Shown piece by piece: positions 8,828-20,062 of a stretch of 30,067 nt of DNA. Each line of letters begins with the position of its first letter. Positions within the stretch are counted from its first letter, which is position 1. Made by a program: the position numbers and the translations under genes. This DNA is from Alphaproteobacteria bacterium (GTDB lineage Bacteria; Pseudomonadota; Alphaproteobacteria; Rhizobiales; Devosiaceae), in contig JAADFY010000188.1 in NCBI GenBank assembly GCA_013152625.1, positions 1 to 30,067 on the forward strand, in the 5' to 3' direction. The notes under the pieces were generated by a model. That model did no database searches. It was given only the letters and a program-made list of their open reading frames with translations, and was not told where the DNA came from.

Positions 8828-10359
8828 TGGATATCAAAGCGGCGGAAATTTCCGCCATCCTTAGGGATCAGATCAAGGATTTCGGCAAGGAGGCCCAGGT
8901 CTCCGAAGTCGGTCAGGTGCTCTCGGTGGGTGACGGCATTGCCCGGGTTTACGGCCTCGACAATGTGCAGGCCGGTGAACTGGTGGAATTCCCCGGTGCC
9001 ATTAAAGGCATGGCGCTCAATCTTGAGAGTGACAATGTCGGGGTGGTGATTTTCGGCTCTGACCGGGACATCAAGGAAGGCGATACCGTCAAGCGCACCG
9101 GTGCCATCGTCGATGTGCCCATCGGCAAGGAACTGCTCGGTCGGGTGGTGGACGGTCTGGGCAATCCCATCGACGGCAAGGGGCCGATCAAGACCAAGAC
9201 CCGGGCCCGGGTCGATGTCAAAGCGCCGGGTATTTTACCCCGCCGTTCGGTCCATGAACCCATGTCCACCGGTCTTAAAGCCATTGATGCCATGATCCCG
9301 GTGGGTCGGGGCCAGCGCGAACTGATCATCGGCGATCGCCAGACCGGCAAGACCGCCATTATTCTCGATACGTTCCTTAATCAAAAGCCCGCCCACGCCG
9401 GCAACGACGAGAATGAAAAACTTTATTGCATCTATGTGGCCGTGGGTCAGAAGCGCTCTACCGTTGCCCAGTTTGCCAAAGTGCTCGAAGACGCCGGCGC
9501 CATGGAATATTCCATTATTGTCGCCGCCACCGCTTCCGATCCGGCCCCCCTGCAGTTTCTGGCCCCGTTTACCGGCTGCGCCATGGGCGAGTTTTTCCGT
9601 GACAACGCCATGCACGCCGTGATCGCCTATGACGATCTGTCCAAACAGGCCGTCTCTTATCGCCAGATGTCATTGCTGCTGCGCCGCCCCCCCGGGCGCG
9701 AAGCCTATCCCGGCGATGTGTTTTACCTTCACTCGCGCCTGCTCGAACGGGCCGCCAAACTCAACGAAGCCCATGGTTCGGGCTCGTTGACCGCCCTGCC
9801 GGTGATTGAAACCCAGGCCAACGACGTTTCCGCCTATATTCCCACCAATGTGATCTCCATCACCGATGGTCAGATTTTCCTTGAGACCGAGCTGTTTTTT
9901 CAGGGCGTGCGCCCGGCGGTCAATGTGGGCCTGTCAGTTTCACGGGTGGGGTCCGCCGCCCAGATCAAGGCCATGAAACAGGTGGCCGGTTCCATCAAGG
10001 GGGAGTTGGCCCAGTATCGGGAAATGGCCGCTTTTGCCCAGTTCGGCTCCGATCTTGATGTCGCTACCCAGCGGTTGCTCAACCGTGGCGCCCGGCTGGT
10101 GGAACTTTTAAAACAGCCTCAGTTCTCGCCGTTAAAAACCGAAGAACAGGTGGTCATCATGTTTGCCGGGGTCAACGGTTATGTGGACGATGTGCCGGTG
10201 CGCTCCGTGCAGGCCTATGAGGCCGGCCTTTTGGGTGTGTTGCGCGCAAAGCACGCCGATCTGTTGTCCGACATCGCAAGCAAAAAAGAGGTTACCGATG
10301 ATATCAAGCAACGCTTGATCGCCGCGCTTGAGGCGTTCGGCAAAACTTTTACGCCCTGA
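8827..10359 (+). CDS. atpA: F0F1 ATP synthase subunit alpha
   Basis: 510 aa with [16 protein letters not shown] and [24 protein letters not shown]. Confidence 0.98.
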   Translation: MDIKAAEISAILRDQIKDFGKEAQVSEVGQVLSVGDGIARVYGLDNVQAGELVEFPGAIKGMALNLESDNVGVVIFGSDRDIKEGDTVKRTGAIVDVPIGKELLGRVVDGLGNPIDGKGPIKTKTRARVDVKAPGILPRRSVHEPMSTGLKAIDAMIPVGRGQRELIIGDRQTGKTAIILDTFLNQKPAHAGNDENEKLYCIYVAVGQKRSTVAQFAKVLEDAGAMEYSIIVAATASDPAPLQFLAPFTGCAMGEFFRDNAMHAVIAYDDLSKQAVSYRQMSLLLRRPPGREAYPGDVFYLHSRLLERAAKLNEAHGSGSLTALPVIETQANDVSAYIPTNVISITDGQIFLETELFFQGVRPAVNVGLSVSRVGSAAQIKAMKQVAGSIKGELAQYREMAAFAQFGSDLDVATQRLLNRGARLVELLKQPQFSPLKTEEQVVIMFAGVNGYVDDVPVRSVQAYEAGLLGVLRAKHADLLSDIASKKEVTDDIKQRLIAALEAFGKTFTP

Positions 10360-10415
10360 ACGCAATAAATAACCCCGCCTGAACCGGCAAAACTGAACTT
10401 TGGAGCTGGGCCGAA

Positions 10416-12767
<2,352 letters not shown>

Positions 12768-12770
<3 letters not shown>

Positions 12771-12877
12771 AGCGTTTCCAGGAGTGAGATGGACAGAGTA
12801 AACGATCCGGTGGATCGTTTATCCATCAAACGGACCCGGTTATCCGGTTCGCAAAAAGCGACCAAACAGGACTCTGA
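12768..12877. repeat. Palindromic intergenic element (MITE/Bru-RS/RIME-like) between atpD and atpC
   Basis: Begins TAGAGCGTTTCCAG. Contains a perfect 10-bp inverted repeat taaacgatcc-ggt-ggatcgttta (12799-12821), extended by gatgga/tccatc across a 5-nt bulge. Ends ...gcgaccaaacaggactctga. The hairpin is directly visible; the family resemblance is from recall. Confidence 0.55.
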
Positions 12878-12892
12878 GAAGGCAAATTCAGG

Positions 12893-13318
12893 ATGGCCGA
12901 CACGGTAAAAGTTGAAATCGTCTCACCGGAAAAGCTGGTGTTAAGCGACATGGTGACTTCGGTCACCGTGCCGGGCGTCGAGGGCTATTTTACGATCATG
13001 GGGGATCATGGTGCCTTAATGAGCGTGCTCAAGCCCGGCTTTGTGACTGTGCACGGGGAAAAAGACGCATCGCGGACCTACTATGTTCGTGGGGGCTTTG
13101 CAGAAGTGACCGAAAACGGGCTTACGGTACTGGCGGAAGAGGCGCGGACCGGGGCAGACTTTGAAATCGAGGAAGTCAAATCGGCCATTCTCGCCGCCGA
13201 GGAAGAGCTGAAGAAAGCCGAGATTCCTGAGGCGAAAAACCTCGCCCAAGCCACCCTGGATGGCTGGAACAACCTGCTGGTGGATGCGCAGCACATGGGC
13301 CCCACTGTGCAGCTCTGA
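12893..13318 (+). CDS. atpC: F0F1 ATP synthase subunit epsilon
   Basis: VEIVSPEKLVLS...VTVPGVEGYFTIMGDHGALMSVLKPG...VRGGFAEV; last gene of the atp operon. Confidence 0.95.
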   Translation: MADTVKVEIVSPEKLVLSDMVTSVTVPGVEGYFTIMGDHGALMSVLKPGFVTVHGEKDASRTYYVRGGFAEVTENGLTVLAEEARTGADFEIEEVKSAILAAEEELKKAEIPEAKNLAQATLDGWNNLLVDAQHMGPTVQL

Positions 13319-13346
13319 CCCGCGCGACATTGTTGATGTGAATGTG

Positions 13347-13371
13347 AGGCGCCCTGCAGGGCGCCTTTTTT
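13347..13371 (+). terminator. Rho-independent terminator of the atp operon
   Basis: Stem aggcgccc, loop tgca, stem gggcgcct, followed by a T-tract, 28 nt after the atpC stop. Confidence 0.85.
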
Positions 13372-13516
13372 GTGTCTGAAAACGGCCCGACAGGTCCCCC
13401 TGACACTGCCCGGTGAATGGGAACGGATTTTTAAGTACACATCCGTAAGTTGATGCAATTAGTTGCGAACCCGCCAGCATATTGGCGGTTCTTCACCCCG
13501 GGGCACCCCAAAACAT

Positions 13517-15985
13517 ATGGCCGAACTTCCCATGAAAAACGAAACCAAAACCAAAAACACTTCTTTGCTGTCCAACATTTCGGTCAAATTGCGCATTGCG
13601 ATCATATGCCTGATCCCGGCGGTCGGGCTGATATATGTGGGTGGCAACCAGATTTTCACGGATTACCAGGAAAGCGCTGAAGCTGACTATCTGGTTAAAG
13701 TGATTGAGGGATTACCTGTGGCCACCGAGCTCATCAATCAGCTTCAGCGCGAGCGCGGTGCCTCCATCGGCTTCCTCAGCTCCGGGGGGCTGGCGTTCAA
13801 GGATGCGATTGCCGATCAGGTGGTGGCCACCGACAAGGCGCTGGCTGCCTACAACGATACCTATAATGCTGAACATCGCCAGAAGCTCGGGCCGCGTCTG
13901 GGTGAGATTGCCCTTGAGGCGATCAGCGATCTGGCACGTCTGGATGCGGTTCGCGCCAACGTTATCTCGCAATCCATCAGTGAAGTTGAGACGGTTGAGT
14001 TTTTTACCATTGCCGTTGACGATCTGCTCACCGTCGTGGAATCGGCGGAGAAAGTGGCCTCAAACCCCGGCATCGTCAACGCCCTGGTTGCCTACGACTT
14101 GTTGTTGCAGGTCAAGGAAAAAGCAGGTCTGGAGCGAGCGGTTGGCGCCAGAGGCTTTAACAACGGCTCGTTTGATCTCGCCACCTACAACATCTTTATT
14201 GGCTTGGTCGCCCAACAGGAAATAACCTCGAAACTGTTTCGTACCTTTGTTAAGGAGGCCTCGCTTGCATCCGTGAAAGAGATTGTGGCCGGTCCGGCCA
14301 TGGTCGAAATCAAGTCCATAAGGAAACGTATCGCCTCGGCGGGCCCTCAGGCTGCCTTGACCGGTGTGACCGCACAGGACTGGTTTGAGATCGCAACCAA
14401 ACATATTGGCTATTACAAGCAGATTGAAGACTTGCTAAGCGCTGATTTAATCGCCGATGCCGCTGGTATCGCCGCCGCCAGTCAGGCCCGGCTTTGGATG
14501 GCAGTTGCAATTAACACCGCGATCGCCCTGCTCACCCTTGTTCTCGGGGTTATCGTTGTTCGTTCGGTGACGGTGCCGGTGGGGCGCCTGACCGACACCA
14601 TGCGGTCCCTGGCCGACGGCAATCTGGAAACTGAAGTCGAAGGCATTGCCAACAAGGATGAGCTGGGCGACATGGCCCGTGCCGTTGAGGTGTTCAAGCA
14701 AAACGGCCTTAAGGTCCGCGACATGACCGAAGCCGAGGCGGAACGGATCAAACGGGTGGCCCGTGAGCGAACGGAAATGATGGGTGAGCTTAAATCCGGG
14801 TTCGGTATTGTTGTCGATGCCGCCATTGCCGGGGATCTGCAAAAACGGGTCCCGACCGAGTTTGCCGACGAAGAACTTAATCAGCTGGCGGGTGGGATCA
14901 ACAATTTACTCGATACTGTCGAACGCGGAATATCGGAGACCGGCAAGGTTCTGTCGGCCCTGTCCAGCCTTGATCTTACCCCCCGGGTCATGGGCGCGTA
15001 TGAGGGTGCGTTTGATACGCTTAAAAACGACACCAACGCCATGGCCGACAAACTGACCGAAATCGTCGGTCAGTTACGTCTGACCTCCCGGGGCGTTAAA
15101 ACGGCGACGGGGGAAATCCTTTCCGGCGCCAACGATTTGTCCGAACGCACCACACGCCAGGCGGCAACCATCGAACAGACCTCGGCGGCCATGGAACAAC
15201 TGGCCACCACCGTTACCCAGAACGCGGAACGGGCCGAAAAGGCGGGTGCCGTTGCCAATGACGTTACGGTGGCGGCCGAAAAGGGCGGTGAGGTCATGCA
15301 TAAAGCCAATGATGCCATGGAGCGCATCACTTCTTCTTCGGCCAAAATTTCCAACATCATCGGCATGATTGACGATATTGCCTTTCAGACCAACCTTTTG
15401 GCGCTTAACGCCTCGGTGGAGGCGGCCCGGGCCGGGGAGGCCGGCAAGGGATTTGCCGTGGTTGCCATAGAGGTGCGCCGACTGGCCCAAAGCGCCGCAG
15501 AGGCATCCTCGGAGGTCAAGGTCCTCATCGAACAAAGCGCTACCGAGGTCAGCCAGGGTTCGAAACTGGTGTCCACCGCCGCCGACAAACTTGAAGAAAT
15601 GCTCGAAGCGGTGCGCCAGAATTCGTCTTTGATGCAATCCATTGCAACGGAAAGCCGGGAGCAGGCCTCCTCCATTGGCGAGGTCAACGCGGCGGTGCGC
15701 CAGATGGACGAAATGACCCAGCACAATGCGGCCCTGGTCGAGCAGACCAATGCCGCCATCGAGCAAACCGAATCCCAGGCCAGTGAACTGGACGGGATTG
15801 TTGATCAGTTCAAGGTTGGCGGTGAGGGGGCCCCGGCGGCCAGCAACCCGCGGCCCAATGGTGTGCGGGCCCATGGTGCGCGGCCCAATGGTGTGCGGGA
15901 ATTGCAATCAAAGGTGGCCAGCGCAGCAAAGTCCTATCTGACAGAGGGTAGCGCTGCGGTGGACAGCGACTGGCAGGAATTCTGA
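13517..15985 (+). CDS. Methyl-accepting chemotaxis protein with a periplasmic NIT (nitrate/nitrite-sensing) domain
   Basis: TM1 ([18 protein letters not shown]), NIT motifs [11 protein letters not shown] and [13 protein letters not shown]2 ([23 protein letters not shown]), HAMP repeats, signalling core [31 protein letters not shown]-terminal pentapeptide DWQEF. Start uncertain (13463, 13517 or 13532). Confidence 0.9.
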   Translation: MAELPMKNETKTKNTSLLSNISVKLRIAIICLIPAVGLIYVGGNQIFTDYQESAEADYLVKVIEGLPVATELINQLQRERGASIGFLSSGGLAFKDAIADQVVATDKALAAYNDTYNAEHRQKLGPRLGEIALEAISDLARLDAVRANVISQSISEVETVEFFTIAVDDLLTVVESAEKVASNPGIVNALVAYDLLLQVKEKAGLERAVGARGFNNGSFDLATYNIFIGLVAQQEITSKLFRTFVKEASLASVKEIVAGPAMVEIKSIRKRIASAGPQAALTGVTAQDWFEIATKHIGYYKQIEDLLSADLIADAAGIAAASQARLWMAVAINTAIALLTLVLGVIVVRSVTVPVGRLTDTMRSLADGNLETEVEGIANKDELGDMARAVEVFKQNGLKVRDMTEAEAERIKRVARERTEMMGELKSGFGIVVDAAIAGDLQKRVPTEFADEELNQLAGGINNLLDTVERGISETGKVLSALSSLDLTPRVMGAYEGAFDTLKNDTNAMADKLTEIVGQLRLTSRGVKTATGEILSGANDLSERTTRQAATIEQTSAAMEQLATTVTQNAERAEKAGAVANDVTVAAEKGGEVMHKANDAMERITSSSAKISNIIGMIDDIAFQTNLLALNASVEAARAGEAGKGFAVVAIEVRRLAQSAAEASSEVKVLIEQSATEVSQGSKLVSTAADKLEEMLEAVRQNSSLMQSIATESREQASSIGEVNAAVRQMDEMTQHNAALVEQTNAAIEQTESQASELDGIVDQFKVGGEGAPAASNPRPNGVRAHGARPNGVRELQSKVASAAKSYLTEGSAAVDSDWQEF
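15851..15899. repeat. In-frame 15-bp tandem repeat in the MCP C-terminal linker
   Basis: cggcccaatggtgtg / cgggcccatggtgcg / cggcccaatggtgtg / cggg encodes [16 protein letters not shown]. Confidence 0.9.
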
Positions 15986-15991
15986 TTTTGT

Positions 15992-16068
15992 CCACCGCCC
16001 CGGACTTGATCGGGGGCCTGCCCAGCTTAACCTGGCGATAAAGGTCCCGGCCCCGGAGGCCGGGTTGG
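15992..16068. repeat. Degenerate REP-like doublet between the convergent MCP and racemase genes
   Basis: Imperfect hairpin ccccggacttgatcggggg (15998-16016) and hairpin cccggcc-ccgga-ggccggg (16046-16064). The GGACTTGATC core recalls alphaproteobacterial REP-type palindromes. Confidence 0.45.
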
Positions 16069-16133
16069 TGTGATGGGTTACGCATGGTGACAGATGCGGC
16101 ACCGACCGCGAGGTAAAATGGCCAACCGCCCCG

Positions 16134-16823
16134 CTATTCGGCCAAAGCGATATCCACCAGCGCTTTGGCATGCAGTTCGGTGGTATCAAACACCGGCAGG
16201 GGGCTGTCGTTTTCACTAATGAGCATGGCGATTTCCGTGCACCCTAAAATCACCGCCTCAGCCCCCAGAGCCGCCAGTCGCTTGATGGCCTCAATATAGG
16301 TTTTGCGCGACCGGTCGCGCACGATGCCTTTGCACAGTTCCTCAAAAATGATCGCGTTCAGGTCCGTGTGGCCAACCCCGGGGGCAAAACTCTCGATCCC
16401 TCCGGCGGCAAGCCGGTCGTGGTAAAAGCGTTCTTCCATGGTAAAGTGGGTGCCCAAAACCCCCACCCTACCCATGCCATGGGCCTTCAAGGCACCGACG
16501 GTGGGGTCGGCGATATGGACAAAGGGCAGGTTTATGGCCGCTTCGATCCGGGGGGCACAAATGTGCATGGTATTGGTGGCCAGAGCGATCAGATGGGCCC
16601 CGCCCACCTCCAGCCGGCGGGCCTCACCGGCCAGCAGTTCGCCTGCCGCGTCCCAGTCGTTGCGGGTTTGCATTTCGGCAATGGGTGCAAAATCCACCGA
16701 AGCGATCAACAGGGGTGCCGAAGCCAGACCCCCCCGGCGGCTGGCGGTTTCGCGGTTGATAATCTGGTAATAATGCAGGGTGCTCTGCCAGCTCATGCCG
16801 CCAATCAGGCCAATGGTTTTCAT
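16134..16823 (-). CDS. Aspartate/glutamate racemase family protein (YgeA/RacX-like)
   Basis: MKTIGLIGGMSWQST, ATNTMH and ILGCTEI. ATG at 16823 overlaps the rppH stop (ATGA). The ORF-track extension to 16970 lies inside rppH. Confidence 0.92.
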   Translation of the reverse strand: MKTIGLIGGMSWQSTLHYYQIINRETASRRGGLASAPLLIASVDFAPIAEMQTRNDWDAAGELLAGEARRLEVGGAHLIALATNTMHICAPRIEAAINLPFVHIADPTVGALKAHGMGRVGVLGTHFTMEERFYHDRLAAGGIESFAPGVGHTDLNAIIFEELCKGIVRDRSRKTYIEAIKRLAALGAEAVILGCTEIAMLISENDSPLPVFDTTELHAKALVDIALAE

Positions 16824-17350
16824 GTTTTGCGATCCTGAATCTGATCCATTACGCCGTCCCCGCCACTTTTCAAATCGTCGGCGACGGGGGCGAAAATGTC
16901 GGCCACCCGCCCATAGGCTTTCCGTTTGAACGGCACCGCCAGTTCGGGCACGCCGGCAAGCGCCACCCATGCCCAGGCATCAAATTCCGCATGGGCGCCC
17001 AGGGGATCGAGGACATTGATTTCGTTTTCATCGCCGGTAAACAAATAGGCGAACCATTTCTGGGTCTGGCCGGCATATTTGCCGCGGCTGAACCCTTTTG
17101 GATAGGTGTAGGAGATCCAGTCCGGTGCTTCGCCGAGGGGGGCCAGCGAAACCACGCTGGTTTCTTCTGCCAGTTCGCGCCGGGCGGCGGCGGCGGGCGC
17201 TTCGCCCTTGTCGATCCCCCCCTGGGGCATTTGCCAGCGATGGGGTGCGTTGTTATCGAGATCATTACGCCGGCCTACAAACACTTCCCCGCGCCTGTTA
17301 AACAGGCAAATGCCCACACACGGGCGCAGCTTTGGCCTGGAGGCGGGCAA
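16820..17350 (-). CDS. rppH: RNA pyrophosphohydrolase
   Basis: RPCVGICLFN, Nudix box WQMPQGGIDKGEAPAAAARRELAEETS, GQTQKWF, EFDAWAW and VPFKRKAY. Start uncertain; TTG 17350 just after the upstream stop was chosen. Confidence 0.9.
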   Translation of the reverse strand: MPASRPKLRPCVGICLFNRRGEVFVGRRNDLDNNAPHRWQMPQGGIDKGEAPAAAARRELAEETSVVSLAPLGEAPDWISYTYPKGFSRGKYAGQTQKWFAYLFTGDENEINVLDPLGAHAEFDAWAWVALAGVPELAVPFKRKAYGRVADIFAPVADDLKSGGDGVMDQIQDRKT

Positions 17351-17352
17351 AT

Positions 17353-18615
17353 TCAGTTGGCCTGAACGGTAATAGCGCTGGCGGGCACCAGCAGGAACCC
17401 GTTTTTCTCCGCCGTGCTGGCCCATTCCGCAATCATGCGAACGGTAATCGGCAAGGCCGAGGCAATACCGATGGCCTGACCCTGCTCGGCGGCAATTTGT
17501 TCGAGGCGCCTGAACTGGCGCAATATGGCCTTGCGCGTGGGTTCATTGTCCAAAGCCGCGTCGGCCTGAGCAAAGGCAATCCGGTTGTTGCGGGCCATCT
17601 GCCTGGCCAGCGACCGGCTCGACGAGCCATCGTCGATATAGGACAGACCGCGCAGGCCGATTTCCTCCATCACGGGGCCGAAATCCACCGCTGACGCGGT
17701 AAATCGGGCGCCCATATGGTTGATCAGCCCGGTATAGGCCCCGATGCGCGACATCAGCCAGAACAGGCGGTCCTGATTTGCCCGGGCCGGCTGACCGGTC
17801 AAAAGAGTTTGCGGGCCGGGATCATTCTGGGGGAAGTCAAACGGCTCCATGGGCACCGAAAGCATGATCTCGTGCCCGTCCGCCCGGGCGGCCATTGCCA
17901 GTTCTGCCACCCGTGCGCCGTAGGGGGCAAAGGCGAGGGTCACATTGCCCGGCAAGGTGGCAATGGCCTCTCGTGTGGCCTGTTCGGCCAGCCCCAGCCC
18001 GGTAACCACCAGGGCAATGCGCGGCCGGCCTGCGGCCCCTGCCGGGCCCAGGGACGCCCGGGCATAGGCGTCCATGGGTCGGGTGCCATCCAGGGCAATG
18101 CGCGGAATGGCGCCGTGCTGGGTTAGTTCGCTGAGTTTTTCCAGCGCGGCAAAATTCTCAGGTTCCACTTCGGCAGGCACCCCTCCGGCGGGCATCTGGG
18201 CCAAGGGCGCACTGGGCGCATTGGGCCCACTGGGCGCATTGGGCCCACTGGCCGCACCGGGCACATCTATTGCGCCTCCGGACGGTACGATTTCAACCGG
18301 TGCGGTGCCGGGAGCGCCATCGAGAATGCCGGGCTCGGTTGCCCGGGCATCGCCTTGCGGGGTGCTCAGGTTGCGGGCCAGTTCGGTCAACTCGCTGGCC
18401 GGGGTAATGGATATTTCGGTGCTTGGCCGGCCACCGCCGGGATCGTTAATGGCAAAAATCCAGATCGCCGGAATGGTCAGAACCACAGCCAGCAAGCCCA
18501 GAGAAATCCACAGGGTGGGCAATTGACTGACACCCCGGGCCGCCCGCTCGGCTGCTGATTTCAGACTGGCCCGGGCCTTTTTCTGGCCCAAAGGCGCATC
18601 CAGCTCGTCCGCCAT
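17353..18615 (-). CDS. Divergent polysaccharide deacetylase family protein (YibQ-like)
   Basis: N-terminal TM helix and Pro/Gly-rich linker, then PRIALVVTGLG, VTLAFAPYG, GHEIMLSVPMEPFDFPQNDPGP, GLINHMGARFT and YIDDGSSSRS. Follows ctpA as in the conserved envC-ctpA-yibQ arrangement. Alternative ATG at 18621. Confidence 0.88.
   Translation of the reverse strand: MADELDAPLGQKKARASLKSAAERAARGVSQLPTLWISLGLLAVVLTIPAIWIFAINDPGGGRPSTEISITPASELTELARNLSTPQGDARATEPGILDGAPGTAPVEIVPSGGAIDVPGAASGPNAPSGPNAPSAPLAQMPAGGVPAEVEPENFAALEKLSELTQHGAIPRIALDGTRPMDAYARASLGPAGAAGRPRIALVVTGLGLAEQATREAIATLPGNVTLAFAPYGARVAELAMAARADGHEIMLSVPMEPFDFPQNDPGPQTLLTGQPARANQDRLFWLMSRIGAYTGLINHMGARFTASAVDFGPVMEEIGLRGLSYIDDGSSSRSLARQMARNNRIAFAQADAALDNEPTRKAILRQFRRLEQIAAEQGQAIGIASALPITVRMIAEWASTAEKNGFLLVPASAITVQAN
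18210..18251. repeat. In-frame 18-bp tandem repeat in the YibQ-like linker
   Basis: cactgggcgcattgggcc twice (18210-18245) plus cactgg; encodes (S)GPNAPSGPNAPS on the minus strand. Confidence 0.9.
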
Positions 18616-18696
18616 GAGCATTGCCCCGCATGAAATTCAACCTGGGCAATCCGGTGTGCGAATCACACCGTCCGGCCCAGGCCGCTAATTAGCACA

Positions 18697-20043
18697 TCAC
18701 CCGGTCTGCTCGGGCGGAAAGGCCTCGTTGGTGACCACATTGTTGAGCAGGTCAATGGCGTAGTTAAGCTGGGTATCCATTTCCCGGTCCGCGGGCACAA
18801 AAACCGAAGAACCGGTGGTTGCCTCGCCATTGGTGCCGCCGCCGATCTGGCCACGCAGGCCCGCCTCGCCGATAATTTCGTCCCGGCCGTCAAAGACTTC
18901 CGGCACTTCTTGAAAAATCTCGATGTCCGGCACAATGCCGCTGGCCTGAATGGATCGTCCGCTGGGCGTGTAATAACGCGAGGTGGTCAGGCGCATGGCC
19001 CCGTCCACACCCAGAGAAATCACCGATTGCACCGAACCCTTGCCAAACGAGCGGGTGCCCACAAGCGACGCCCGGCGTTGATCCTGAAGGGCACCGGCAA
19101 CGATTTCGGCCGCAGAGGCGCTGCCGCCATTGATCAAGACGATCAGCGGCACATCGGCGATGGCGCTATCGAGATCATCGGCCCGGGCGTCATAGCGGTC
19201 GGTCTCGTTTTCGGCCCGCCCGCGGGTGGACAGGATATTGCCCCGGTTCAGGAACGCGTCCGTGACCAATATGGCCTGATCCACCAGCCCGCCCGGGTTA
19301 TTCCTAAGATCAAGGACCAGTCCTTTGAGGTCATCGCCCAGTTCTTCCTGAATTTTGCGAATAGACTTTTCCAGGCCCGTATAAGCCTGTTCGGAAAACT
19401 GGGCCAGCCGGATAACCCCCACATCGCGTTCGATAAATTCACGCACAACACTAAGGGCAATCTGGGCCCGCACCAGGGTAAATTCGAGCGGCCGCCGAAC
19501 CCCGTCGCGATAAATGGTCACAGAAATTTCGGTTCCGATCTCCCCGCGCATGAGATCAACTGCCTCATCCAGGGCCAGGCCGCCAATCTGCTCGCCATTG
19601 ATCTCGATTATGAAATCATTGGCCAGAATTCCCGCCCGGGAGGCCGGGGTGTCGTCGATGGGTGACACAACTTTAAGCACCCCTTCCTCCATGGTCACTT
19701 CGATGCCAAGGCCGCCAAACCGGCCTTCGGTATCAAAGCGCATGTCGGAATAAAGCTCCGGCGAAAGATAGCCCGAATGGGGATCAAGCGAAGACAGCAT
19801 GCCCTGGATAGCGGCGCGTATGAGCACACGTTCATTGGGCACATCGACATATTCTTCGCGTATTCGATCAAAAATCTCCCCGAACAGGTTCAGTTCGCGG
19901 TAAATCTCCATATCATCCAGCGGCAGTTCTTGTTCTGCAGCGCTTTGAGCCTCGGCCTCGGGCTGGGCCAGGGCCGGAGCCGCCAGCGCCAACGCGGCGC
20001 CAAACGCCACAACAATCAGGCCAGCACGAATTGTCTTGTTCAT
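18697..20043 (-). CDS. ctpA: S41 family carboxyl-terminal processing protease
   Basis: Signal peptide MNKTIRAGLIVVAFGAALALAAPALA, PDZ (FGGLGIEV), LDLRNNPGGLV, SASAAEIVAGALQD, RSFGKGSVQ and YYTPSGRSIQ. Start set at ATG 20043. Confidence 0.93.
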   Translation of the reverse strand: MNKTIRAGLIVVAFGAALALAAPALAQPEAEAQSAAEQELPLDDMEIYRELNLFGEIFDRIREEYVDVPNERVLIRAAIQGMLSSLDPHSGYLSPELYSDMRFDTEGRFGGLGIEVTMEEGVLKVVSPIDDTPASRAGILANDFIIEINGEQIGGLALDEAVDLMRGEIGTEISVTIYRDGVRRPLEFTLVRAQIALSVVREFIERDVGVIRLAQFSEQAYTGLEKSIRKIQEELGDDLKGLVLDLRNNPGGLVDQAILVTDAFLNRGNILSTRGRAENETDRYDARADDLDSAIADVPLIVLINGGSASAAEIVAGALQDQRRASLVGTRSFGKGSVQSVISLGVDGAMRLTTSRYYTPSGRSIQASGIVPDIEIFQEVPEVFDGRDEIIGEAGLRGQIGGGTNGEATTGSSVFVPADREMDTQLNYAIDLLNNVVTNEAFPPEQTG

Positions 20044-20062
20044 ATTTATCCCTTGCAGTCGC

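Noticed and set aside
13450-13463. FNR/FixK box upstream of the NIT chemoreceptor (TTGAT-gcaa-TTAGT)
   Set aside because: Only one half-site matches TTGAT-N4-ATCAA.
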